Assembly (NCBI GenBank): GCA_002269645.1
Contig: NIVC01000267.1
Coordinates: 317,902-381,901, forward strand
Direction: 5' to 3'
Origin: Macrostomum lignano
Taxonomy: Eukaryota
Length of the DNA stretch: 64,000 bases
Positions 12,455 to 24,300 of this stretch are shown here, piece by piece (within the stretch, counting starts at the first letter, position 1; each line of letters begins with the position of its first letter). Below the pieces are notes generated by a model, which saw only the letters and a program-made list of their open reading frames with translations, was not told where the DNA came from and did no database searches. The position numbers were made by a program, and so were the translations under genes.

Positions 12455-13448
12455 TACAAGGGGTTTCCCAAAAGTCAGTGCACTTTCTTCATTATAGCCT
12501 TTTCTGACCAATCAGAAATATTAAGTCTGTTGCAATTGAAAAAAGAATTATCTGCCCATTAAAATGACTTTCTGATTATTTCTATATCCGCTGGCATTCT
12601 TGAGATATGAGCACTTTTCTGCCCTACCCCCTGTGCTACTTTTACAAATTGCCATAGACCAAAGCTTTGTACCTGATGCATGAAACAACAAAACATTCAA
12701 CAAATCAACAAAATATCAGCAACATGAAAGCTAAAGAAAGAACAGTCAAAAGTTAATTATCAACATTGTCCTAAGGCTTCTTCACATAGTCACCACTGCG
12801 CTGCACACTTCTGCCATTGGCTATGCATGTCAACAAGGCATGTCCCACATGGCCAAGAAAATGGAGAAGACAATCAAGCAGGAAAATTTTGTGCTGCTCT
12901 CACTGCTACCCTACTCTCCTGATTTGTCAACAGCTGACTTTGCCTTTTTTCAAAGAGGAAGAAGCTACTGCATGGACAAATCTTTGCTTGTTGTAGGAGC
13001 CTGGAAGCATTGACTTGCCAAGTTCTCTTTCATGAGATGCAGTGCTCAGATTTTGCTGATTGATGACATTGACAACATGCACAGCCAATGGCAGAAGTGT
13101 GCAGCGCAGTAATGACTATGTGGAGAAGCCTCAGGACAATGTTGATGATTAACTTTTGACTGTTCTTTCCTCAGCTTTCATGTTGTGGATGTTTTGTTGA
13201 TTCGTTGAATGTTTCATTGTTTCATGCATCAGGTACAAAGCTTTAGTCTATGGCAATTTGTAAAGTAGCACAGGGGATGGGCAGAAAAGTGCTCATATTT
13301 TAAGAATGCCAGCAGATACAGAAATAAACAGAAAGTCATTTTAATGGGCAGATAATTCTCTTTTCAACTGCAACAGACTTAATATTTCTGATCGGTCAGA
13401 AAAGGCTATAGTGAAGAAAGTGCACCAACTTTTGGGACACCCCTCATA
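12455..13448 (+). mobile_element. Non-autonomous mariner derivative with ~375-bp inverted arms, TA-flanked
   Basis: TA-CAAGGGGTTTCCCAAAAGT at 12455 mirrors ACTTTTGGGACACCCCTCA-TA ending 13448. Arms ~12457-12830 and ~13075-13446 are reverse complements. Spacer encodes PYSPDLSTADFAFF (12909-12950, mariner YSPDL motif); right arm encodes QWQKC..DYVEK (mariner C-terminus). Confidence 0.88.
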
Positions 13449-15050
13449 TATCTACCCACAATTTTATACTTAGAAATATCTATATATGTAATGGGCTAAA
13501 GCTTCTCTCTATTAAAAATCCTACTGAGGTCACCAAAGTTATAACAGGGCTTAACTTCTGTCTTTATAAATGTTGATAGCTGCCACTAAGACTATTCTAT
13601 TAATAAATTATGAGTTTTATTAATCTTAGAATAAGTTTGAAAAAAATGATTCTTAGAATAAGTCTGAGTACATATCTGAGTATTTGTCTGAGTATATATT
13701 TGAAAATTTGTCTGAGTATATTGTTCTTAGAATACTATTATATTTAGCCCTTACAAGTATTGTTCTCCTGTTATTCTGGTATTGTTTACTATTGTTCTGG
13801 TAGCATTCTATTAATAATTTGGCCTGAGCAGTATATTGGTCTACTGGTATATGTACTTTATGTATTTCTAGTCCTAAGTATTACCAAGATCAGAGGGTCA
13901 GCCTCCAGTTATTCTTGCATGTATTTATTTAGGATCTACTTTGTATTCTCTTATTGATTCCACTTCTCAGTAGTATATACTGCATACATTTCTATCTACT
14001 TCACTTCACTTTATAAAATAAATCAACTCAGAAAACAATCTTCAATAACATTTACTCGGAACTCTTACTATTCGATACTGGCTTTCTTTCTTTCTTAAGG
14101 AACCGCAATGCATGAGGTTGATCTCTCCTCTGCCAAAACGCTTCTATTTATACTAAAATTTACTGCTAGTTTTAACAAAAATTAGTTCACATAAAATATT
14201 ATGAAAAATACATGTTTTATAACAAATGTGTTTTCCTAGATTTGGCATGCATTCGAAATGAGTTATACAATTATCAATTTTATAAAGGAATTGGGAGGGG
14301 CCCTGCACATATACTTGACTTTTACTTTCAACACTATCGATAATGTCTTAATTCAATATATGAACAATTTTATTTTTTGTTTAATAAATTTATCTAGCCT
14401 TGACAATGTCTATAATTAGACAAAATACATAGGCAATAGAATAATATAATATTAAATTGGTTAGTTGCTATATGTTGATTCTTTCTTTCCTTTATTAAGA
14501 TTTTTCTAGTCTATAGATAAGACACTATATTTGTTATAAAGCTTTGCTTATCATGCCTAAATTAATATACCTAAATATTAAACAGAAATCTAAAAAAAAT
14601 AATTATAGCAAAAAACTAAAAAAACTTAAATAAAGTTTATATTTTTCTATCTAATTTATCCAAAATTGGTATATATATTATAAATCATTGAACTTTTGTT
14701 ACAAATTAGACTAGAACTAAAATAAGGGCACAACTAGAGAGGGAGCTTGGTTTTCCCTTAAGATAGTCAACTTCTTTAACTTAAATTTTATACTTTGAAA
14801 TATTCTGCTATGGATGGCTATGCAAATAGAGCCATTAGCCAGGCATGTTTTATGACTCAAAATATTAACCTTTGTGAATAGCCAAAATATTATTATAGAA
14901 ACAAAATATGAAAGAACTAACTCTTTTAACTGAAATAGTATGAATTGATATTAATTTGTTTATGTTTAGTCATATCTTGTTTCTTTCAAGAGCCTGGCTA
15001 GCAATTGCTTACTTACTGAAGTATATATTAAAAAGTAACTATTTTGCTTC

Positions 15051-16653
15051 ATGGTAACAAACATCATGGTCAGCATTGTCAGCTTAAATGTCAACAAAAG
15101 TGACGACCTGACTATTCAGCACATCCCATACACTGTCACCACACCTGCTGTTCAAACGTTGAAGCCAGAGGCTGGTGCAGAGCATCCTGCTGGACTGTCG
15201 CACTTTGTGCTGTTTGTCATTATACCACTTCTGGTCCTGCTGTTCCTGCTGTTTGTTGGCTTTGTGGTGAGGCTCTGCGCCTTATAACAAGGCCCTTGTT
15301 GTGCTTGTAATTGCAGCTTGCCTAAAAGTTAGGCGTTAGGGGGTTAGAGATACATGCGCCACCTCCCTGATTTACACTGACCAAAAAATGCGGCTTATCT
15401 CTGAAAGAAATCCAAGCAAAATTAACGTAACTTTGAGTAAACGGCAGGAGTAACTATTACTGTCTTATTAAGGCTGAATGCCTCGTCATCTAACTAGTAC
15501 CCCGTGCAGATTTTCGGGTGGGCATTTTTGCGACTTACCTTGGCTGGGCCCCTTGCCAGCCAGCTCGGCCAGGTGTTGCGCATGTATGTTAAGGGTTTAG
15601 GGTTAAAGGCATTTATAGTATTGCTACGGGGCCTGAATAGAGCTAAGTGATGCCAAGTCAATATCTAAACATCCAAAGCTAATTTAGAAATCAAGAGGAA
15701 TTTTAATTCAGAATCCTTAATATGGGAGAGATTGGTTGATTTTTTATAGCTTCAAGCTGTCTTTTAAACTGTAATTAAAAGTAAAACTAATTTGATTATA
15801 TTGTATTGTGAATGACTTTGGCGCTGTTGACCACCTGCCAGAATAGGGCTTCAACTCTACCCCAGACAGGGGAATTGAAATTCTGTGATCTGGCCACGAT
15901 AGAATGAAGCCATATCGTTGCTGGTACCCCTTGTTAGGCTTCCTTAGCCATTATCGGGAGTCTGAGAGCTTTACTATTTAAGTACACTGCTAATGTCGTT
16001 ACTTAAAGTTCTCTATAAATATATTCGATATTTTATACAATGGAAAAATTCTACCAAAAAATCCCAGGTAGTCACTGACTCCAAATCTCCCAGATCCTCA
16101 GGTAGACACTTCAAATCTCCCAGATCCTCAGGTAGACACTTCAAATCTCCCAGATCCTTAGGTAGACACTGCAAATCTCCCATATCCTCAGGTAGACACT
16201 TCAATCTCCCAGATCCTCAGGTAGACACTTCAAATCTCCCAAATCCTCAGGTAGACACTGCAAATTTCCCAGATCCTAAGGTAGACACTTCAATCTCCTA
16301 GATCCTCAGGTAGACCCTGCAAATTTCCCAGATCCTCAGGTAGGCAGTAAAAATCTGAGTACGGAGGCCAGCCAACCCATGCCCCACCAATTCAGGTGGT
16401 GCTGTGCATGCGGAAGCTCCGCCTTGACAAGCTGCGCCACCGCCTGATGCCGCTGTACCAGTTCGATCCAGCTGACGCCGACAAGGAATGGGAGGCCGAC
16501 CTGTTGGAGGACGAGCGCGAACAGCAGCAGCGGGCGCTGCGCTCCGCCTCCACTGGCGGCATCGGCGGCGGAGTGGCGGGCGCCGTCAGTGGCACCGGCG
16601 GCATCGGGGAGTCCGCGGCCATCAGCCTCTACAGGGACTCGGCGCCAGCCTGA
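15051..16653 (+). CDS. C3orf18/SMIM29-like small single-pass membrane protein, ~157 aa; exons 15051-15266 and 16396-16653
   Basis: Hydrophobic FVLFVIIPLLVLLFLLFVGFV|VVLC spans a phase-0 intron (GTG|GTGAGG ... TTCAG|GTG), then RKLRLDKLRHRLMPLYQFDP..EWEADLLE, matching recalled human C3orf18 [29 protein letters not shown]. True start codon uncertain. Confidence 0.75.
16078..16345. repeat. 30-bp minisatellite (CTTCAAATCTCCCAGATCCTCAGGTAGACA), ~9 copies, ending ~50 bp before the acceptor
   Basis: Direct tandem units. Confidence 0.93.
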
Positions 16654-16704
16654 TGAACTCGTGTTTCCTGGTATTGTGTCGGTACAAACATACAGATCAA
16701 ACAC

Positions 16705-16770
16705 TTGAGCCCTTGAATCGAACCCGGGACTTTTGGTCACCGCGGTCTCCACTGAACAGCCTCCTCGTCG
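16705..16770 (-). other. tRNA-like / Pol III box fragment downstream of the small membrane protein gene
   Basis: Minus strand GGCTGTTCAGTGG (A-box-like) then CCCGGGTTCGATTC (B-box). No complete cloverleaf. Confidence 0.35.
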
Positions 16771-17371
16771 GGCATGCAAGTTTTTATACTTGAATTTTTT
16801 CACAACAGAGTTTTTTTCAACGGGAAATCTGTTCTTGAGCGTGTTGGTCGGTCCCGTCTGTTCAATCAAGTTAAAATTTTACTGCAACAAACAGCGTCCT
16901 ATCAGTTTTAGCTGCATAATTCGTGTTTACGAGCCTGTATTGAATTATTTCACGTGTTCTGACCCTTCCCGGCGTGCTTCTGTTTTGTTTGCAACGATTT
17001 TTTTGTGTTTGAAAATTGACTTCGTTTTAAGATAGTCACACTGGCCTGATGTCGAATAATTATCATCACAAATTTGCGCAATGTTTTTGATATGTACTAA
17101 CAATTATTATGCAGCTTCACCGTTTTTATCGCTTCACTCAGCCATTGCACACTTGCCGCCACATTTTGTGCATGTATCTTGTGAGTTTTATTGTGCAGAT
17201 TTAACTACCATCTGTCTATTGCATCTGGACAAAGCATAATTCAATGTAGCCAGATTTGTCATCTTTGGCACCCTTCACTAGCAACATGTGGAGTGATTTG
17301 TATATAAAAAGTAAGTTTTAAAGGTGAAGGGCTTTTAGGGTGGGTGAGTACTGTGTGTACTCTGGGGCGTG

Positions 17372-17745
17372 GGGAATCGCGTGTGTACATTGAGGAATCG
17401 CGTGTGTACATGGAGGAATCGCGTGTGTACATTGAGGAATCGCGTGTGTGCATTGAGGAATCGCGTGTGTACATTGAGGAATCGCGTGTGTACATTGAGG
17501 AATCGCGTGTGTGCATTGAGGAATCGCGTGTGTACATTGGAGCGTTGGGAATCGCGTGTGTACATGGAGGAATCGCGTGTGTACATTGAGGAATCGCGTG
17601 TGTACATTGAGGAATCGCGTGTGTACATTGAGGAATCGCGTGTGTACATTGAGGAATCGCGTGTGTACATTGAGGAGTCGCGTGTGTGCATTGAGGAATC
17701 GCGTGTGTACATTGGAGCGTTGGGAATCGCGTGTGTACATTGGGG
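17372..17745. repeat. 21-bp minisatellite (GGAATCGCGTGTGTACATTGA), ~17 copies
   Basis: Direct tandem units. Confidence 0.95.
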
Positions 17746-19199
17746 CATGGGGGAATCATGTGTGACTTTTGGGCATGGCTACGTACTCGTACATTCTGAG
17801 TATTGGGACATAATTAAACTTTGTCTGAGCGTGAGAGATCAATTATCATTATTAATTTCAATTGACAATTTTTCCATCAGCCCCTTTTGCCGCTATGCTC
17901 TTGTCTCCCCTAGAAAGTGTTCTGTATTCCACATTGCCGAGTATTTTTGCTTTACTAATTAATGTTTGCATATTTTATTGACCATGTTGTTTGTTTTCAA
18001 ATAGGCTTATCCGCGTGTCAACGAAGCGTTATATACGTTTATTACTGTGCATACTTCGCTTTCATTGCTACTTAGTAGTAATACTTTGTGTTTTGTTTAA
18101 TTAACTCGCAATTTTAAGTTGAATAAGTTTCTAATTCATCTAGTCAGGATAAAGTCGCAATGTATTTTCTCAGAAATTATTATTCCAGCTTGGCAGAAAT
18201 CGTCCAATTGCTTTTATATTTTAAAGCAGTACGATAATGGCTATTATAAACATATTTTATTAGAATATCCGTCGTAATCTCGTTAAACAGCTGAGCGCAA
18301 TTAAGATTTTTATTTGAACAACCGGCGTAAGCCGATGTCTGTGTTGTCCGCTTGGTAAACTGACCTGCGTAGTACAATAAATGCAAGATTTTCACTTGAA
18401 ATAAAAAACCTATCAACCTGCGCTATGCTACATGGCTTGCACACTTTGTGTACAAAATCTCCCCGTACCGATATACATGTAAATTTCATATTCCTTTTCT
18501 ATTCAATGTTTTGCGCCTCGCGTCAGCACAGCTGCTGTTTGTATTGCGACACTGCTTATTAGCTTTTCGATGTCGCTAAATGTAATCATTTTAACTTTTT
18601 TTTCAAATATCATCTATGTTGAAATTAGTTATTAATACAACTGAATTTTTTGACAAACGCATGCTCGGCACAAAAATACAGATTGTAGAGATATCCGTGA
18701 AATTCTATTTAATTTATTATATATATGTTTGTGCGTGCGTGCGTGCGTATAAAATTGATTAATCTGTAGTTTTCGATTTCGATGATTTTATTTATAGAAT
18801 AGGCTTTAAAAAGGCCTTCAGCTTTCATCGGCCATCGCAAGATTCATGTATACTTAGGCGTTGTACGGTTTGGAATACTTGTTACCATTGATTAAGATGC
18901 TGGATCCTAATTAATGATATATCAATAGTATATAGACTGTTGGTAAATTTGAGCTATCCAAATGAGATGCTGCTATCTACATTTAAATTTAACTCATTAA
19001 GATTCGAGCGATCAGATAAAGACCAGTCATGAAATTGTAAAGCAAGGTAAAGAAACAGAAGTACAGTGGAATATCCAAATTTTAAAAGGAAGGCTGCGCT
19101 GGGTGTAAAAGTAAGGGCTCATCAAATAAAACAAAAAATACAAGCACAAGCAAACCATTTTGCTAGCATTGAAAACTCTCGACAGTTAGTTTAAATATA

Positions 19200-19445
19200 T
19201 ATTTTATTTTTTAAATAAAGGCGTTTAAACAATACGTTTGACACATATCTCGAAATTTAGAAATTTCAGCTTAAGCTTTAAAACATTTTCAAAATAACTG
19301 TCCACAATTTTATAATTTGCTAAATGAAAAAAATCGGCCAGACGGTACTCGAAAAAATTAACGACAGACAGACAGGCAGACAGACACACAGACAAACAGT
19401 GCAAAATTACTAAATTAGTGTATAGATTTATAGATTACGTACATA
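19200..19445 (+). mobile_element. Possible DINE/Helitron-like non-autonomous element end
   Basis: AAAATCGGCCAGACGG, then (GACA)n, then TAGTGTATAGAT: the layout typical of DINE-1/Lep1-type elements. Directly upstream of a related element. Confidence 0.35.
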
Positions 19446-19473
19446 GATAGAAACTTTTCAGGTTTAGTTATAA

Positions 19474-19645
19474 TTAATCCCTTTAAAATTGAGCAATTTC
19501 TTAGCCAAGATGCATGTACCGTCCCAGGAAAATTTCTGATCGAATGGTGCAAGTTTGAAGAAAATCGGTTGAGCCAATTTTTCTGAAATCTATCGCATAC
19601 CTACCTACCCACATACAGACAACTCATTTTTAGTATATAGGATAG
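19474..19645 (+). mobile_element. Truncated copy (3-prime core only) of the Helitron/DINE-like family
   Basis: Near-identical to 48217-48370 and 53111-53275 (TTAATCCCTTTAA...GCATGTACCGTCCC...TGCAAGTTTGAAGAAAATCGGTT...CATTTTTAGTATAT). Confidence 0.75.
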
Positions 19646-21129
19646 GATAGGTTAGTCACGATCTAATCTATGCTGACTTCAGAGCTTCGTTTGACTCAGA
19701 TTTTCATTAATTAAACGTGCTAGTTCTAAATAAACTTAACTGGCTTCAGTATATGTGAAGGTTCGAAACTTGGCCTAATACTAATAGTTATTGTTTGTAT
19801 GCATTGGTATATTGTATTGTATATAGCAACTTTAAACTGTAAAATCTTGTATTTTATTCTATTATTGCATCTGATTTAGAGTATAAGCCACTAATCATTG
19901 TTTATCTATTATTTTTAGTTTTTAAATTATGACAATTGGAATAATCATTTTAACTGAAGTTGAAAATGTGGCTATTTTAGTATTGACTATTGGGTTTATT
20001 ACCAAAGCGATTTATTAAAATAATAATTACTTATTACCAAAGTGGCCATTAATGAAATGCAGAAGTGGCTAGAAACAACAATTTATATATTTTATGTAAT
20101 AATAAATATAATAATATAATAATAATTGTTTTTAGTGCTTACTTAGTTCCATGCTTAGGCACAACCTTAGGATTCACTCGGCCATTTCTATTGGCAACAC
20201 ACATATGACACATATAAGTTGCTATTAAATGGAATAGTAGTCATGTGACTGCTCTTAGCCAATAGTGACCTACATGTATGCCAGACTCTGGATAGTATAC
20301 ATGTATGCCAGAATTTTCTGGCCTACAGAGGGACCTAGATTACACATTGGTGTACAACTTGGTATACAAAGGTGCCTGGCATGCCCTCTTGATGTACAGC
20401 TTGGTGTATAGAGATTGCCGAGACCAGCAGGGGGGACCAAAGTTCCGAGTCCCAACAATCAATCTACATAATTAGCATACAAAAATGATTAAGTTTGCAT
20501 TTGGCATAGTTTCCATTACATAGTTACAGTAGCTAAATTTTGATCAGAAAGAATAGCCGGCCCTTTATAAAAAGAATGGAAAACTAAATTAAAAAAACCG
20601 GGCTTAACTTTTCCAAGAGAGTAAAAGTAAAAAAATACTTAAAATGAACTAGTTCTCTACAATTTAGTAAAAAGATTTTTAGTTTTAATACATAGGTTGT
20701 TTGAATATTAAAATTTTGCAAGCTTTTAATATTAGTTGTAATTTGTAATTTTTATTTTGGCATATTTTTATATGCAATAAAAAGTTTGTTGGCATACATT
20801 GGCGTGCATGAGCTACAGAAGCAATTTTCGTTCCGGTGTACAGTGGTACACGATCCTGACCCTGGCATGTATGTGTTGCCAATAGTAATGGCCAGGTGAT
20901 TCCCAAGGTTGCACATGTATGCTTAGCTAATTAGTTAGCATTGGTAAAATAATTGTCACTATTTAGCTACTTATAATACTAGCCTATAGAGTCCAATTAT
21001 TTTACTTCAATTGCTAGATAAAAAACTAATAAATAGCTATAGGCTAAAAGACACTAGAGAAAGATGGGATAGAAAAGAGAGGAGAGTAGAAAGAAGGGAG
21101 AGGATATAAAAGAGCAGAGAGCTAGGAAG

Positions 21130-21244
21130 GGACAAACCTTAAAGTGGGCCAGATTGCTATTGTGAAGTTTCAAAGGACCTGAGGGCCAGATAGAGGCTTG
21201 GAAGGCTGCATGTGGCCCAGTAGGCTAGAGTTTGCCAACCCCTG
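21130..21244 (+). mobile_element. hAT-like transposon right-end remnant
   Basis: GAGGGCCAGA...GCATGTGGCCC...GTTTGCCAACCCCTG resembles the termini of Charlie/Tip100-type hAT elements; partial second copy at 9704. Left end not found. Confidence 0.5.
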
Positions 21245-21373
21245 TGTCTGTGACCTATACAAATATGCTTAATTTCTAATTCACTTTCAGAAATAGAAGC
21301 ATTGCCATTTGCAGCCAATGCTATTATGCCATACCTATTAGCTACTGTATTTCTAATAATCTGAAACCAATGC

Positions 21374-24300
21374 ATGCAAGATCCCATTATGGAGGATGAG
21401 GCAGCCAACAGCAATTCAGATTTGGTTGATGCAGAAACAGAAGTTGCTGCCCCAAGCTCAGAGGAGGCTGCTGCGCCAGATGAGGCAGCAAATGAAGGCC
21501 AAACTGGCCAAGTGCCTCCACCAATGCCAGTAGTTGAAGCACCTTCCCCTATCGCCTCTGATGTAGAGGATGATGCAGAAGACCATCTTGAGGAGTCCCA
21601 GCCTCCTCCTCAGAATGGAGCCGATGCTGCTCAGCAAGCAGATGAGGATGCTGAAGAGAACCAGGGAGTTGGTGATGAGGAGCCTCATCAAGCCGAGCAG
21701 GAGGATGACCACGGCAACGAAGATGGAGATCAAGAGGATGATGAAGACGAGAATGGAGCTGCTCTGTTGCAGCAATTGTCAGAGAGTCTTCGGCAGCAGA
21801 CTGACTCGTCTGATAGAGTGAGTTGGCTTTTGGCTTATGGCTATTTGATGGACTGTGCATGACCCGAACCTAACACCCTGGAACATATGCATGACCTAAA
21901 CCTGACACCCTAGAATCTATCTGCATGACCCAAACCGACACCCTAGAATCTACCTGAGCCGGGAATCTATCTGCATGACCCAATCCTGACACTCTAGAAT
22001 CGATCTGCATGACCCAATCCTGACACTCTAGAATATATCTGCATGATCCTGATACCCGCAGGACCAGCGTGACAGCCGGTCACACAGCCGTGATGAGGCC
22101 GATCGCCAGTTAGACAATCACAGACGCGAACTAGATCAGCTGCAGGTGCGTCCACTGATGAGGGAGGCGTGAATTATCTGGTTTTCCATCACTTTCCGGG
22201 TGTCGCACATATGTACTTGACGCATTGCTCCCTCCCTGACCGCAGTCAAATCTTCGTCGCGAGCTGGCCGAGGAGAAGCGCCAGCTGGACCAGCGGCTGG
22301 CCAGACGGCAGCAGGGGCTGCCTGCGGGAGACTCCGCGGCTGGCGAAGACAGGGTAAGAAGTTTGGGGATCGGCACTGACTACCCATTGCGCGTCAACAC
22401 GTCTGCTGCACGCCCATACCAATCCAAGAGCCTACTGCACACCCACTCTGACCCAAAGAGCCTACTGCACACCCACTCTGACCCAAAGAGCCTACTGCAC
22501 ACCCACTCTGACTCAAAGAGCCTACTGCACACCCACTCTGACCCAAAGAGCCTACTGCACACCCACTCTGACCCAAAGAGCCTACTGCACACCCACTCTG
22601 ACCCAAAGAGCCTACTGCACACCCACTCTGACCCAAAGAGCCTACTGCACACCCAGTCTGACACAAAGGGCCTACTGCACACCCACTCTGACCCAAAGAG
22701 CCTACTGCACACCCAGTCTGACCCAAAGGGCCTACTGCACACCCACTCTGACCCAAAGAGCCTACTGCACACCCACTCTGACTCAAAGAGCCTACTGCAC
22801 ACCCACTCTGACTCAAAGAGCCTACTGCACACCCAGTCTGACCCAAAGGGCCTACTGCACACCCACTCTGACCCAAAGAGCCTACTGCACACCCACTCTG
22901 ACCCAAAGAGCCTACTGCACACCCACTCTGACCCAAAGAGCCTACTGCACACCCACTCTGACCCAAAGAGCCTACTGCACACCCACTCTGACCCAAAGAG
23001 CCTACTGCACACCCACTCTGACCCAAAGGGCCTACTGCTTTACCCGCAGCCGTCCCGCCTGACTCTGGACAACCCGATCCACATGGCGCTGAACCTGCGC
23101 CCGGACAACAGTGTCCGGTCTTACCTGCCAGCCGAGATGCTGTCCTCCCGCCAAGGCGCCGCTTCCACTTCCGCCGTTGGTCAGCACCGAGTTCTGCCGT
23201 CGACCCTGACTTCCGAGGAGCTCCGTCTGTTAGATGACGTTCGCCAGCGGCTGTCTCGCGCCTCCATTGAAGAGCAGCAGCAGCAGCAGCCGCCGCTGCC
23301 GCCCCCGCAGCCGCGGCCACGTCAGCAGCAGCGGCAGCCGCCGTACCGCCATCGGGTGGCTGATCCTGCTCCATTTGCGCAGGCCGCTCCGGACTCTGAC
23401 GGCGACGAGGAGGGCATTGACCCCCTGGTTCGCAGCACTCACGAGCGTCTGGCCGGGGTCAGCGACCGCATTCGGCGATACCAGCAGGAGACCAGCGACT
23501 ATTTTAACCAGAGCGTCCTGCTGGGCTGCAGCCCCACAGAGCGGGGAGAAGCTGCGGCTGCTAATGGCGGTGAGCATCTGCACTGGGGATCTGTGCTGTT
23601 CGGGCATTTAGGGATCTGGGATTTTGGGGATTTTTGAGTCGTATCGAATCAGGGATTTAGGGATTTGAGAGTCGTATTGAATCTGGGATTTAGGGTTTTG
23701 AGAGTCGTATTGAATCTGGGATTTAGGGGATTTTGGAGTCGTATTGAATCTGGGAGTTAGGGATTTGAGAGTCGTATTGAATCTGGGATTTAGGGATTTG
23801 AGAGTCGTATTGAATCTGGGATTTGGGGATTTGTGAGTCGTATTGAATCTGGGATTTGGGGATTTTGGAGTCGTATTGAATCTGGGAGTTAGGGATTTGA
23901 GAGTCGTATTGAATCTGGGATTTAGGGATTTTGGAGTCGTATTGAATCTGGGAGTTAGGGATTTCGGAGTCGTATTGAATCTGGGATTTAGGGATTTGAG
24001 AGTCGTATTGAATCTGGGATTTGGGGATTTTGGAGTCGTATTGAATCTGGGATTTAGGGATTTGAGAGTCGTATTGAATCTGGGAGTTAGGGATTTGAGA
24101 GTCGTATTGAATCTGGGAGTTAGGGATTTGAGAGTCGTATTGAATCTGGGATTTGGAGATTTGAGAGTCGTATTGAATCTGGGAGTTAGGGATTTGAGAG
24201 TCGTATTGAATCTGGGAGTTAGGGATTTGAGAGTCGTATTGAATCTGGGAGTTAGGGATTTGAGAGTCGTATTGAATCTGGGATTTAGGGATTTGAGAGT

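Noticed and set aside
16705-16770. Functional tRNA gene
   Set aside because: No acceptor stem or full cloverleaf; kept only as a tRNA-like fragment.
20873-20888. RFX X-box-like GTTGCCAATAGTAAT ~500 bp upstream of the MPHOSPH9-like gene
   Set aside because: Imperfect second half-site and spacing; weak matches are common.
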